Shown piece after piece: positions 47,920 to 62,388 of a stretch of 64,000 nt of DNA. Source of the DNA: Eledone cirrhosa (taxonomy: Eukaryota). Position numbers and translations under genes: made by a program. The stretch covers positions 411,432,001-411,496,000 of the forward strand of contig OZ024740.1 of NCBI GenBank assembly GCA_964016885.1, read 5' to 3'. The first letter of the stretch is position 1, and each line of letters opens with the position of its first letter. The notes below the pieces were generated by a model. The model saw only the letters and a program-made list of their open reading frames with translations, ran no database searches and was not told the origin of the DNA.

Positions 47920-50900
47920 AGAGAGTCACGAGGGTCCGAATGACCCAGGTTCCACCCTCAGTGTAGATCGCTTGGATGATGGCGGCCCTCGGCGCTGACG
48001 TCAAGGAGTCAACAACAATCCTAGACGTCATGCTTATAAGACAGGAAAACTGGTCAGGCTCGGGGATGGAGATAATCATCCAATCAAACCATGAAAGCAT
48101 AGAGGCCATCCCCGAAGTGATCGACCTGGGAGACGCTAGCCATCTACCCGTGACTGTCGAAGTTAGGCGCCCAAAGTGCCACGAGTGCGGAGACAAAACA
48201 CACCTTAAGGGCTTCTGCCCCAAACTCACCAGGACGGGCACGCACTCCCCACTTCCACCAACGCCATGCCCCGCAACTGGAGTGGCCAAACCACCCGAGG
48301 CTGCAGTGGCAGAAAATCTACCAGCACCAGCGATACCAACGACAAAAAACACAATCGCTACCACCTACAACGCCAGCAAGACCAATGGAGAGCATTCTTC
48401 TTCCTGATATCGGTAAATCGGACAGGGAGTGTGAGGATGCTGAAGGAAAACCAACACAACTAAAAAAGAGAAAGAGCTCCCTACCTTCGCCCTCCAAAAA
48501 AAAGAAAAAGGCGACGACCCCACTGCCATCACCATCAACAGCCACACCCCCACAATCACTTACACCATCACCATCATTATCAGTATAAATGCCCGTGGCC
48601 TGGGTTCATCTTGGAAGCAGGGCCACCTGCTCAACGATCTCAGGTCGCTAAACATAGATGTGGTGGCCATCAGCGAGTCCAGAATCTCCGAGGCACGGGC
48701 ATTCCCACATATTTTCGGCTGCTACAAGGTGTACACATCTCCAAGCCGTCCCAGATCTAGGGGAGGAGTGGCTGTGTTGCTCAGGAGAAGTCTGGATCTG
48801 TAGATACAGGCCATCTTGGACCCAGAAGGTAAGTTAGTGATGCTGGACGAGTCTAGCGGAGAAGGGCAAGCTTTCAGGCTAGTGGCTGTCTATGCCACAA
48901 CATGGGCAGGACAGCCTGACTTCTTTCAGCGCCTGAAGACCTTTCTTGGAACGTTCCGCTCTTTTGTGTTAGTGGATGACTGGAACGGGATCTTGGATGC
49001 ACGCTGGAACTGTGTGGAATTAGAGAATAGGGAAGGAGGGTGTAAAAGCCTCGCAAACTCCTCAGATGTTTTCAACTGTCTGAAAGGTACCACCTGGATT
49101 TCCCGAATGTGCCAATGGGGACATGGACAAACCGTATCGGGTCATCAAGATCGGATCTAGATAGGGTATTTTGTAGGGAATTAGAAGGGTATAGCATAGG
49201 CTGTCCACAATTCAAGATAGTCGATTTCACGGACCACAAATTCGTGATCGGTGTGGTCGACTTAGATAGGATTCATAGAGAGGGTCCCGGATTAGCGAAC
49301 TAGTTAAACGGCGTTGACGGGAGCAATCATGAAATTGTTCACCCTGAAAAAGGCGATTAGAATAGAGTCCGTTAGGTTAATTAAGGCGTTAGCAATAGAG
49401 AAAAATGGAGCAGACGGAGAATTAGTTAAAAAATTAGACCAGGCGCTTAGTAAAGGCAATGCGACTGATTCTTGCGGCAAAATTCGCCCTCAACCAAATC
49501 TTCTAAGAAAAGCACGAAGGTTGCGTTGCCAGAGCTAGGGAACGTGCTCTTAGACACGAGCAGACGACAGCCGTCCAATGGGCCCGAGTAGCGGAGGCGC
49601 GTCGTGTCAACAAACCCCGATCCGGTCTTTGGAGGAGCACGATGGGCGCATGTTACTCGAACCCGAGCAAATGTGTGCGGTTTTTCAGCGACACTTCCCT
49701 CAGCTGTTCGGTGCTAGCGATGAATCTATTCCTACTGGCAGCAGAACGGGAGAATTCCCAGCTCTGTCAGCCGAGGCGCGGTAGTGCTGCTGAGAAAGAC
49801 CCGAAATAGGGCGACAAGATTTTGGCCAAGGTGCTAGCAAAGAGGTATGTCTGGTGGGATAGGCGCATACATGTGCCATTCCAGACAGATGCTTCCACGA
49901 TAACCCCCACCTCATACGATACATCGTGGAGAGGGTAGCTAACGAACATGCCACGGAAGGGGCCTTGATCAATTTAGATCAGTCGACCATGGTCATCTGG
50001 TGGGGGTCCTGCGGGCGGCCGGATTGGGCCTGTCTTCAGAGGCTGAATCACAGCCAAACACAGCGACATCTGCTCTGTGGTGAGAGTGAACGGTCACATT
50101 TTGGAATCGTTCAACATCATGCTCTTGGTCCACCAAGGATGTCCCCTCTCGTCCCTGTTGTACGTATTGACTCTCGAGCCATTACTGCACAAGCTGGAGA
50201 CGCTGAGGGGCGTCCCGCGCGAACTGGGTTGCGGAAGAACCGTGTTCGCATATGTCGATGACGTAGTGGTGTCTGGTTCTGTCCGGACCTCCAGATGGAC
50301 AAAAATTGGGACGAGGTGACGAGCAGGGTAGCCTCCCTCACCCAGAAATGGGCTGACAGGAAGCTATCCCTGAAAGGTCGACGGAGGTCGCGAAGGCATA
50401 CACCGCGTCCATCATCTACTACCGCCTCACCATCGTGATTGTCCTAAACTTCGCCTGACTTCATTGGAGAGTTTGCTCTTTCGCTTTTTGTGGAAGAGAC
50501 ACGCTCCGATGATCAGGTGATTCAGTTGATGTCAATACCCGCTATGTAGAGGGCTGTGCAAGCCGTCCGTGGCTGATGATGCGCAAACATGCGCTCAAGC
50601 TACGGCATCTCCACCTCTTCCTCGATGGAGATCATGTGTGGTCACCGTTTGCCTGACGCGTTTTTCCCCAGCTCGTTTCCTTGGCGAAGCTGCAGTCCTG
50701 GGTCAAGCGAAGACCGAGAGTGAGCGCTTGGAGATTGGAATCTCTTAAGGCGCCCACAGCCCTCAACCAATCGGGCGATGCGATCAGTGAAACCCCACCT
50801 TGGATTTCTATAGAGGATTAGTGGAGAGAGAGAGAGAGAGCGATGACGACCTTGGGGAAACTCTGGACGTCGGCGAAAATCAACTAGCCAATCTCTTCAG

Positions 50901-51530
50901 CAGATCTTTCGGGCTGGAGCCCATGGACAACTTCCAGAAATCCCTGTATTGGCAGTACTACCGGGGAGCTTCACCATTTCGGGATAAACTCTGCAGGAAT
51001 GGACGTGCCGTCAGCCGAGTCTGTCTGAGATGCGCGCAGGGCGACGAAACCGTCCTGCACGCACTCGTCCAGTGTCCGAGCATTGCTGACTTGTAGGTTT
51101 ATGTCGAAGACCTGCTGTCACGTGCAGGGCGGATCGGACTATCAGCTGAGTCCATCGTGAGGATTTCCTCACCGTTTTCCTTTAGCCGGGAAGGGCAGGC
51201 AGTTTTAATCTGCCTGGTGGCCATGGTGAAAGAGGTCGTGTGGTGGACGCGTTTGAAAAGACTAGAGACGAGCACTTACCACTTCGGTGATGCCCTGATT
51301 AACTTTTTCAAATTTGATTTGAAAAGGAAAATCAGGGTGAAGAGGGAAGTGCTCACTTCCTAGCAATTTTTTTTTAAAGATGGGAGAGAGAGGCAAGCAT
51401 AGTCCGAGTGAATGGGCCTGCTCTGAGTATGCGCCTGTAGATTGGAAGGGGAAAACTGGGAGAGGGGATTTGCGCTGGTAGTCAGGGTCACCGTGGCTTT
51501 TTTAATGGGATTTCTCCACAAGTGACCCTT
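47920..51530 (+). mobile_element. Old, heavily decayed Tx1-family LINE
   Basis: Motifs: CHECGDKTHLKGFC knuckle, INARGLG, FTDHKFV, GALINLDQS, QGCPLSSLLYVLTLEPLL, YVDD, CLRC..ETVLHALVQC. Many stops and deletions. Confidence 0.85.
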
Positions 51531-51896
51531 AGGGCGGGGTAGTGGTAGTATCGGTAGAGCGTCGGGCTCTCAGTTCAAATCCCGCAGAAGTTAGTTTGAC
51601 CTTTCTCCATACGAGGTAGATAAATTAAAGTCCCAGTAATGCACTGGGATCGATTTAATCGAATTTCCCCTCTCCCAAAATTGCTGGCCTTGTGCCTATA
51701 GTAGGAATCATCATTATTATTATTAGGTGGATTGGCAGTATCGGTAGAGGGTCGGACGCCATGTTTTCCAGCATAGTTACGTCCCTTTACGATCTGAGTT
51801 CAAATCCCGCCGAGGTTGACTTTGCCTTTCATCCTTACGGGGTCGATAAAATAAAGTACCAGTAATACACTGGCCATATGCCTACAGTAGAAACAA
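51531..51896 (+). mobile_element. Two tandem SINEs: older variant 51531-51711, younger 51726-51896
   Basis: Two B-box cores. The younger copy is flanked by (ATT)n on both sides. Confidence 0.85.
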
Positions 51897-54190
51897 TTAT
51901 TATTATTATTATTCGTAATACTTTTGTTGTAGCGGATGTTAAACCGACACCATACCAAAAGAGCAAGCCATAGCTAATGGCCAAAAGTTTGTGTCGTTCC
52001 TTCTCCTTCAACTTTCTAACACCCTTCTTAGAATTCTTGCTGTTCCTAGGAACGCTGTTTTCTGCAACGATTCTGTCCTGGTGTTACTACCTAGCTTCTC
52101 AAACCATGCGTACAACCATCTACTAACTGCTCCCAGTGCGCCAATCAAAATCGCTACCACTTCTACGTGTCTGTTTCTCAATAGTTTCCTGATATCTCTC
52201 TTTAGCTCCTGGTATTTCTCATCTTTCACACTTTCGTTCTCATACACCCTATGGTTCCAGGTGAAGGTATATCTACAATACATGCTATGTTATTCTTCTC
52301 ACTACGGCAACAATGTGATGCTATCTAGCTATGATAAAATTGTCGCACTGGATGGTCATGTCCCACAAGATCTTATACTGTTTATTTTCAGCCACCCTTT
52401 CCGGTTGGTGTTCTTAGCATTTCACACTTCTGCTCATGTCATATGACAGAGCTTCCAATGAACCAATCTGTCGTGTCATCTCTTGAGCTCTTTCTCAGCA
52501 AGCATCTTACATTCACTAATAATATGGTTTATTGTCTAACCTTTCTCACCACACAGCATACAATGCGAGGAATTCACAGACTTGTCAATAATGAACTTGA
52601 TATAGTTCGTGCTCAGTGCCTGCTCCAGGGCTGCAAAAATAAGGGCCTCAGTTTTAACTTTTAAGTCACTTTTCCTAGTCCATTCCCAGTTAGTTCTTAA
52701 CCTTTTCAACAGTCTCTGGCATTTCACGTATGAGTTGCCCAAACATTTGCTTTTCTTCCATCTTTTCAATGTGCTTGTCTGTCTTGTTTAAATTTTCCCT
52801 TTTCTTTGCTTCATCACTGTTTAGTACTTTTATCTTTCTTACTCCCGCCATCAATTTCTCCTTTGAATTCTTTACATACTATGCCAAATTATTTTCCTCC
52901 GACTCCACTCACAATTATACCTAATGAGACCTCTTCCCCCTCTCTGTTGTGATAGATACAACCTGTCCACGTCACCTTGGCGTGTAGAGTCCCTTGTAGT
53001 GTCATCACTTTCTTGGTTTTTCTATCATGCTCTTTAAGTTCATCACATCTTCATTCTATCACACCAACACTATACCTTAGCAGTGCCAGTATCTTATTCC
53101 TACAATTTATCTCCGTCTTTAACAGAAACTTCAGTCTCCGTTTATATTCCTTTGATAATACTTCTTTCATTCCCTTCTCATTCATTAGGTTTGTTTCCAG
53201 GATGCCTAAATTATACCCGTTGCCATCAATTCCGTTCATAATCTATCTGGTAATTCAATTCCTTCTAACTTATTGATTCTACTTCACTTCAGTAGTAGCA
53301 CTCAACACTTCTTTATGCCAAATTCCATTCCTATGTCTGTACTGGATGTATGAACAGACTGTACCAGAAAATCAATATGTTCATTTGGATTTCCCCATAA
53401 AGTTTTACGTCATCCAGATAAGCAGGCAGTTTATCTTAAACTCGCGTTCTCACCACTCGTAACCAGCCTTTGGCCTTCGCAACTCCAATGGAAGTGGAAC
53501 TATACACAGTACAAACAGCAAAGGTGAAAGACTGTCTCCCTGAAATATTCTGATCTTCATATTTACAACACCCAATGTTTATCTACATGATGTCAGCCCA
53601 GTCTTCCAACCCTCCATACTGCTCACCAGAAACTGTCTAATGTTATCAACAATACCAAACATGTTCAAACATTCTGCTATCGAACTCTATGGTACCTTGT
53701 CGTAATCCTTGCGGTAATTGATCCAGGTTATGGCAAGATTTGTGTCTCCTTTTACAATGTTTAAGGATCTCTTTTCAATCAACAATTGATACTTAGTCCC
53801 CCTGCTTCATCAACATTCCTTCTGCTCTGCAGGTAATGTGTCATCCAGTTATTCTTATATTGCCTCAGCAATAACACCTGTCATAAATTTCCACATATGA
53901 TGGAGGCAAGAGATAGGTCTAAAGTTGTCAACTGCATTTCAATTGCTGGGTTCCTCCAAATACAAGATCGTTCGCCCAAAGGTTAGCCATTTTGGCAAAC
54001 TCTCTTCTCCATTCAAGATACTATTCAGTTGCTCAGCAATTCTCCCATGAAGGGCCCTCAGCGTTTTCCTCCAGAGTCCTTGCTCACCATCTCTGCCAGG
54101 AGCTTTCCAATTTGGTATCTTTCTACACTGGATAGTTACCATATTACCATATTCTGCATTTACTCACTATGTTCTTTTTCATTATGTATT
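51897..54190 (-). mobile_element. Decayed R4/Dong-like LINE, third family
   Basis: Motifs: [50 protein letters not shown]-like, CMLCG, ILIGALG, LQKTAFLGTARILRRVL. (AAT)n tail at 51897-51912. Confidence 0.82.
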
Positions 54191-55125
54191 TCAGGTGATT
54201 TCTGGTTGATTTCAGGTGATTTCAGGTGATTTCTTGTGCTTCAAACAGAAATCACTCTGTCTCAGCTTTAAGTCCAGTGCTTCGAAACCAGTTGTGTGTG
54301 TTTTGTTTATCTATTTTCTCTTTTCCTCTCTACTCAACTTTTTCAAGTATTCGCCACGTGAGGGTTTGGCCCATATATGAGGTCGTAATGCAACATATAA
54401 TATTACAGGAAAGCTATCTGCAAAACATTGACATCACGTTCAGTGGGTGTGTTTATTTTTCTTCGTAGCAAGGATATATAAGCATGGGTTGAAAATCAGT
54501 TCTTCAGTCTGTGCACAAGTACAAGAATCTAGATTCTATGTCACGCATGATGTCACTGGAGCTACGTTCTTTTCGTGAGCTAGACTTATTAGAATGTATT
54601 CTGAAAAGCTAACACAATATCGCCAAATAATTTTGATATTATTTAACAATAGGTTTAGAAATGCAATGAACTTTTACGCATGCTTTCATATATTGGTAAT
54701 TGAAAACAATTTAACTGTGATATAAATTCAAACCTAAACAACGCAACTAAATAGAACTGATTAATGTAATACTCAAACGTCTCTGATTTGTAGGATTTCA
54801 TGAAAAAATCATTTAATTTATATAATTTGATGGGTAACTTGGTGTTGGTGATAATTTCTTACATTTTCAAGCTTCAAGGCTTCTCTTGAAATTATTTGCT
54901 ATGCAACTCATAACCACGACACTGAATCTACTCATGACTAAGTATGAAACAGCAAATATATAATTTCCCTTCAATTCAATAACCAACTAATACAAATTGC
55001 ATCAAATCTCAGACGAATAAATTGTATCAGCCCTCTTCTTTTCTAGTTCATTAAATATTTTATTATCACATAACATTTAAAAAAATCCAAAATATTATCA
55101 TGAATATCATAAAAGTCCCAAAGGC

Positions 55126-55440
55126 ATTTGTAATTTCGTGTACTGTAATATAAATATTTCTTTCACAGGTGTTGCAAGTGCAACTGTCCGTTCACCTAAT
55201 ACGATTGGTCATCATTATGGATTTATTCTACATAGTTTACATGAAGGGGGAAGTTTCCGAAAAATGTGGCTATTGAATGCCGAAATATTTTGTAAGTTGT
55301 ATTGAGGATTAATGCAGAGAGTCATGTAAACTATGTAGAATAAATCCATAATGATGACCAATCGTATTAGGTGAACGGACAGTTGCACTTGCAACACTTG
55401 TGAAAGAAATATTTATATTACAGTACACGAAATTACAAAT
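55126..55440. repeat. Near-perfect inverted repeat, 119-bp arms with a 77-bp spacer
   Basis: 55126-55244 is the reverse complement of 55322-55440, with one mismatch seen. Confidence 0.92.
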
Positions 55441-55568
55441 ACACGAATATTGTAGAACCTTTGGTGTCAGCTAAGAATAGTTCAGTAAATAAGAACTCCA
55501 ACTTCTCGAATAATTGTTCAATACTTACATGAAAGAAAATGGACTATTATATGAAAGGAAGAAAATAA

Positions 55569-55718
55569 TTGTTTCTACTTTTGGCACAAGGCCAGCGATT
55601 ATCTCAGTGCATTACTGGTACTTTATTTTATCGACCTCTAAAGATGAAAGGCAAAGTTAATCTCGGCGGGATTTAAACTGAGACCATAAAGGGCCGTAAC
55701 ACTTTATGCAAAGCATGG
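55569..55718 (-). mobile_element. 5'-truncated SINE
   Basis: Consensus match. TSD gaagaaaata. Confidence 0.85.
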
Positions 55719-56543
55719 TATATGAAGAAAATAGGCAAAAGTTCAATAAAGTAAAATGAACACGTTTCAGTTTGCAAGATGTATTTTATTAACTTGTTAC
55801 ATCTTACTAAAATTAGGTCTCGTCTTCTCCAAATTCCATTATCAAGTGAGATATTGTCTCATTCACTTGTTTTAATTGTTCAAAACATTGTAAATCAAAA
55901 TCAATAAAGGTTCAAACATATACATACACACTCACATGCACACATATACACGTACACACGCATACATACAAACATAAAGACACACACACACATACATAGA
56001 CACACACACATATATATATAAATTAGTATGCGTGTGTGTATATATGTGTGTGTGTGTGTTTGTGTGTGAGTGTGAGTGTATGTGTATTAAGATATTAATA
56101 TATACGTATATAAATGCATATAGTATATACAACATATATTGTTTCGTATACATTTTAAGAAAGAGCAACATTCATTTAAGGAGAAAATTCTTCGTAAATT
56201 TAGGACACATGAAATGTAACATGGAAAAATGAAAACTTCGTTACAAATTATTTTCAAAGTTTTCTTGCAAAATAACTTCACTTCTCGTATTAAAAGAAAG
56301 TAGATATTTGGTTTATTATTCAGTAAAAGTTGCTCCCTTCGTATATGGAAAGACCATATCGTAATCTCTGTGATTACAATAATCTAACATTGAAACTTTT
56401 TGCAGACACATTTGATATGAACGTGACTGGAATATTAAAATAGTTACAATATCAGAAATCTGTAAACATACATACACAAATAAATATATAGGTACACACA
56501 CACACTGGCATGAATCCACATATATCTGAAAACAAACATATGC

Positions 56544-56588
<45 letters not shown>

Positions 56589-56765
56589 TATGTGTGTATG
56601 TTTGTGTGAAAAACGTTTTATCGAAATTGTGACCAAAAAAGCTGTTGGACAAAATATTTTCCAAAAAGTTTCTTTTCGAAAATTTTGTCAAAAATATTCT
56701 TGGATAGAAATTTTTCCCAAAAACGTTTTTTGGAAATTTGACCAAAAATGTTTTTGGACAATAAT

Positions 56766-56861
56766 TGTTTCTACTTTTGGCACAAGGCCAGCAAATATCC
56801 AGTGCATTACTGGTACTTTATTTTATCGACCCCGTAAGGATGAAAGCCAAAGTTAACCCGA
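56766..56861 (-). mobile_element. 5'-truncated SINE
   Basis: 3' half of the consensus. TSD gtttttggacaataat. Confidence 0.88.
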
Positions 56862-56929
56862 CGTTTTTGGACAATAATGTTTCCCAAATCGCTTTTTCGA
56901 AAGTCTGGTCAAAAACGTTTTCGGACAAA

Positions 56930-57120
56930 TGTATGTATGTATGTATGTATGTATGTATGTATGTATGTATGTATGTATGTATGTATGTATGTATGCATGT
57001 ATGTATGTATGTGTGTATGTATGTATGTATGTATGAATGCATGTATGTATGTATATATGTATGTATGCATGAATGTATATGTGTGCATGAGTGTGTGTAT
57101 CTATGTATGTATGTATGAAT
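56930..57120. repeat. (TATG)n microsatellite
   Basis: Tetranucleotide tract. Confidence 0.95.
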
Positions 57121-57519
57121 GTGTATAATTATATACACATTGACATCATATGATCCTCATATAGATATACAGAGGTAATACAAATGCCACCACCAAACTT
57201 TTATTCCAGTCTTGTCTTCACAAAAAATCATGCTTCGGAAAGGAATATTTCACAATTTTAAACCAACAGTCGCAGTTAAAATCATCCATTTTCAGAGAAT
57301 ATGGGCTGTAATAAATAAAGAGGGGAAGCAAACACGTGTGTAAGCGTGTACACGCATATAGAAAAAAAAATTGTATACACCCTTGTCTGTTCACACACTT
57401 TTAGGATGCTTGTTGATTTTCTTTATTTCTACTTACACCTCAAGAGAAAAGGAGGGGGAACGAGAGAGAGGGGGGAAAAGAGAGAGGGATTTACATTTCT
57501 GGGTTTTGTCTGCATTGTC

Positions 57520-58297
57520 GCTGTTTAATCCCAGTCTGTTCGATCAGAACAGATCTATAAAGAAACGCACTCCAGCCCCAAGTATCCCGTCTTTTGCAGG
57601 ATACCTAGGACGACATTATTCTAAAGTGACCTATTTGAAGACGATAGAGTGTGATTTGAGGGAGGTTTGTCTGCTACTTGTGTGACTATGCAGAGGCTCC
57701 CTGATTTTGTCTTATTGGCTGGCTATTTCGGGCATATGACAGGGGTGTGTGGAATGGTCGGAAATAAAATTTGTCTAGTTCGGTGGGAATGGAAAACGAC
57801 TTTTTGTTTCTAAATTACAAAGAATCCTTTGTTTTATTGCATTTCTATATTATTGAGAAAATCGGTAGAGCAGGGAACAAAATTCGTTGTACAAATTAAT
57901 TTCACCCATTTACACGCACAGATGGAATCTCAGTGAGGTTGACTCAGCATTTCATCTCTACGGGATCGCTAATATATTTTACTGATCAGTAATGTGGTCC
58001 ATCTAATTAATAGACTCATCTTCACTCCCCACCCACCCCAACAAAAACATGTGTAATCTTCACCTAATGCAACAAACCTAATCATAGTTGTTGGCGCCGT
58101 TTAACGAGTTTCTGTATTTTTTCTTGTTGTATAGCACCAGATCTGCCTTGACATCAAGGGTGGTCTAGTTATGTTAATACACATTTTTGCTTTAGACATT
58201 GTGTAATTTTCTTTTCTTATTAAAAAGATAAGGTGTGATGTGTGAGAGACTTGGCTGTTATTTCTGACAGAACATCAGACCATATAGTGGCTCCCTA
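57520..58297 (+). repeat. Two diverged copies of another short interspersed repeat (~57520-57702 and ~58120-58297)
   Basis: Both end aagat..gtgtgat.tg..g.gag...tg.ctg.ta...(c)atagaggctccct-like. Confidence 0.45.
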
Positions 58298-58579
58298 TTC
58301 GGGGTGATGATGTACTTTTAGTTTTGTTCAGAGAAAGAATTGTAATTAGATGAAGCGCATTTCAAGTTTTATGCTATCTGAAATACTATAAGAATCACGT
58401 CGTACTCAATTCAAACTATGTTGGTATATTCGTGGAATTGTATAAAATAACTGAAATGTTTTTATGCGTAGGCTTACATGTATATCTTCAAAAACCGCAC
58501 ACGCACACATTTATACACAAAGCTTTAAGAATAATCCTGACATTTCAAAAGTAATGACCGTACAAGAGCATATTATTAG

Positions 58580-58653
58580 CTTACGGGGTCGATGAAATAA
58601 AGTACCAGTAACGCACTGGGATAATTCCTGGCCTTGTGTCAAAATAAGAAACA
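58580..58653 (+). mobile_element. 5'-truncated SINE
   Basis: 3' part of the consensus. TSD attattag. Confidence 0.8.
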
Positions 58654-58872
58654 ATTATTAGTCTAATGCGTTGGGAGGGATGCAGTTTACTGAAAAATGA
58701 ATCGATCCATAATTAAAACGTTATGAGTTTACAAATTAAGACTTTAAAGAACCTTATTAATACGCCGAACTCTATAGTAGGAAAAGATAATAGTAAAATA
58801 TTTTATATGGGTTATTCCCCTTGAAACTTGCATATGGGTTATTCCTCTTTACCTTTCCGAGGGTTATTTAAT

Positions 58873-59005
58873 TGTTTCTACTTTAGGCACAAGGCCAGCA
58901 ATTACCCAGTGCATTACTGGTACTTTATTTGATCGACCCCGTAAGGATGAAAGGCAAAGTCAACCTCGGCGGGATTTGAACTCAGATCGTAAAGGGACGT
59001 AACTA
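58873..59005 (-). mobile_element. 5'-truncated SINE
   Basis: Consensus match from the tail to past the B-box. Confidence 0.85.
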
Positions 59006-59152
59006 GTTTAATCTAAATATAATCGAGATAAATTCAATGAAATATATATAATTCCTGACAATTTTCTTACCGTGAGACTGATACATAAAGTAAAAAGAAA
59101 TCGCTAAAGTATGTAAGTGAAAATATACTGTAAGGATAATTACATACATACT

Positions 59153-59183
<31 letters not shown>

Positions 59184-59203
59184 CATGCACATATATATAT
59201 ATA

Positions 59204-59266
<63 letters not shown>

Positions 59267-59304
59267 ATGTGTGTTTGTGTTTGTGCTTGTGTTTGTGTGT
59301 GGTG

Positions 59305-59584
59305 AGGTATACTTAAACAATACACCTAATATGAGACAGAAAAAGGTGAACAAACCTCTTACAGTAATTGGTTTCCCTGTGTGTTATATATCTAACAATA
59401 TAAACATGACACTGAAGAGGTCACAGAATGTGTGACGAAAGAACTTTGACAATATATAAACAACTATCCTGTTGTGGAACCAGCCAACCAACCGGAAATT
59501 TATAAAACTTATATTTATAGAATTTATAAAATTTATAATTGAAGTGAAAGCAACTGGTGCGTGTGTTTCTTATTGCCAAAGTAT

Positions 59585-59590
<6 letters not shown>
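59305..59590. repeat. Solo Penelope pLTR-like fragments; 59475-59590 is the reverse complement of 39190-39320
   Basis: Shares atattgttatactttgg..caataagaaacacacgcaccagttgctttcact..ccggttggttgg. A hammerhead-like motif lies at 59406-59452 (+). Confidence 0.65.
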
Positions 59591-59641
<51 letters not shown>

Positions 59642-60653
59642 TACACTATTCCCTTCCCTGACATTTGTATATTATTCTATGTACTATACATGTACCTTTG
59701 ATGAGTTGTAGTGCACCTGAGCACTGTACACAATAATTTCATTATATTATATATTAGATCAAAGGAGCGATGTCAAACAAAGCTCAGTCTGACATTGGGT
59801 TATTCCATACTGCTTGAGGTGGAAGCTTGACATACAAATGAAGCATAATAATTATACCTTGTTCATTTAGACCTATACTTATGATAAATATGACGATGAA
59901 TTTCTGTTAGGTTATCATGGTGTAATGCTTCAAAGCGATTGTTAGATGTAGATCTAATATACGTTTCATTCCGGAACGCTGTCTGTCCATGTTTTTTTCA
60001 CATTTGTAAATATATCATTTGAGGTTTTCGTATATAATAAATTAACTGCTTATATGATATACACACACATGAACACACCCAGAGAGATATATATAAACTT
60101 ATACGCATACTTACATACATACATACATGCATACATACCTATGTATACCAGAATATGAGAAAACGTGAGATGTAAATGGTAAACATTTACACAATCTAAC
60201 ACCATTTAAGTGATGATGTACGCAAAAATGTCTTAATTAATTAAAAATTGGTGGCTAAACAAAACTTATCTGTAATTGTTAATCACACGGAAAGAGATGG
60301 GGAGGTAACTCCAAGAACTTAAACATTCATTTTGTGCTAACAAATTTGTATATTTGAGGGAGAGGTACGTCTTAGCAAGGTGAAGGTTACAGGAATGTAC
60401 CTGCTTTATAAGATCACAACAGCAATCAATTTGCAGGCGGGAAAAAATCAGGCAGAGATTATTAGCCAGGAAAATTTGTCAGATTTCAATACGTGTGCTT
60501 TTGAAGAGCTTGAAGTAAGCCGAAGACCTAACGGCATTCGTATTATACACGCACAAATACATATACACACAATTGCACATCCATCAACACGCACGTGCAC
60601 ACTCACACACATACACGCACACATGCAAAAACACACACTCACACACACACATG

Positions 60654-60689
<36 letters not shown>

Positions 60690-60833
60690 CATATATATGT
60701 ACGAGACAAACCGCAACAGAAACACAAACCCTCCATCTCAATTGTACTTTTCAAAAGCAAAAGAACTGTGAAACCGGTAAAGTAAATAAATAAATATTCT
60801 TATAAGACTCCTGATGCATTTTCGATTTCTTCT

Positions 60834-60873
<40 letters not shown>

Positions 60874-62388
60874 ACATATATATATATATATATATAAACA
60901 CATATATATATATTGTTTTACTCTTTTAAGTATATATATATATACATACACACATATATATAGCGTGTGTGAGATTTAAATGTATTATACATCTATGGCA
61001 AGATTACAGTCTTTCATTCATTGTGCTACATTGGCAGTTGTTTTGGCACCATGTCATCGTTGCAATATATATAAAAATGTTTACTAACAGCTAGGGGGGT
61101 TAACGATTTCTTTTAGACTTGATTTCCTCCGATATTTCTAAGAAGATAAACTAACCTATTAATACATAGAATTTATTATAATAATCTATATAACTCTATC
61201 CGATCATTAATATTCATTGCAATCCTTGTAATGTTGTAATAACAGGGATTGGCAACAAGTGGGGGGCCGCTGACATGGTCTATTTGGATCTGGGATCGTT
61301 CCAAATTTCTGTATGTAAGATATGATATATTATACCTATAAGCTATGGGCAAAACTTAAAAAAGACGAAAGTGAAACATTAAAAGAAACAAGTTGCTGAT
61401 CTCTGGTTTAGATAGACAATATAATATATTCGGGTCAAATCATAACCTCTTCAATCTGTGCATCATTGATTTATTCATCGATACACGTTTGCCCAAAATT
61501 TCCAAACAATTTAGAAAGAGTGGATGGATTTTAATTAACTTAAAATTTAAAACAAAGTTTTTGATGGAAACCTTTTAAATAAATATAATGTTTTGATAGT
61601 GTATTGATCATTAGTCTCACTCTTTCAGACTTTGCTACACAAAGATACATCAAATTTGTATAATTAGTGAAGCCGGAAATGTCTAAGCCATTAATGCTCA
61701 GAATCAAATGAGAATATATATCGTTATGCTACTATCTTAGTTAGACATGAAACTATAGAAGTGTGTTCTTATTTCTTGAACAAACAATACACTGATTTGG
61801 TTGGAGAATTTGACCTAAAATTTATAATCGTTAACATTTTTTCAAACCGAACTAATTCCTTTGATATTCATGTCCTTACTATAATAAAATACCACAAATA
61901 ACATCTATAATAATTTAAGCTTCATAAATAGAGTCATATTCAGTAAAAAAGATTAACATCGAAACAAAGGAATGTATTTTTCTGTAAACGCATTTCAAAA
62001 TTTAGATTGCATTTACATCGAAACTTTCAAACTATGCATTCATAGCTTCTATTTACATCGCACCTCTAATTATTTCATTATCAGCATTAATGAATGATTA
62101 ATAAGCTACTAATCTCTTTACTTTCTCAAATTAGAATTAACTTGTTTAAACATTGCATCAAACAATATTTTTGTTTTTACTAGATATAATGATTACAGAC
62201 TTTTCCAAGCGATCTCAACAATGTATAATTCTCGTTAACATCACTTGTAAAGTGATAGTCGGAATTTCATTTTTACATAGTAAATTATTTAATGACATCT
62301 AATCCGCTATTGCTAATCTATTGCTATTTCGTATGAAGCAAACATGAGATATGACAAATAACCATTAATAAAAGTAATCTCTCATAAT

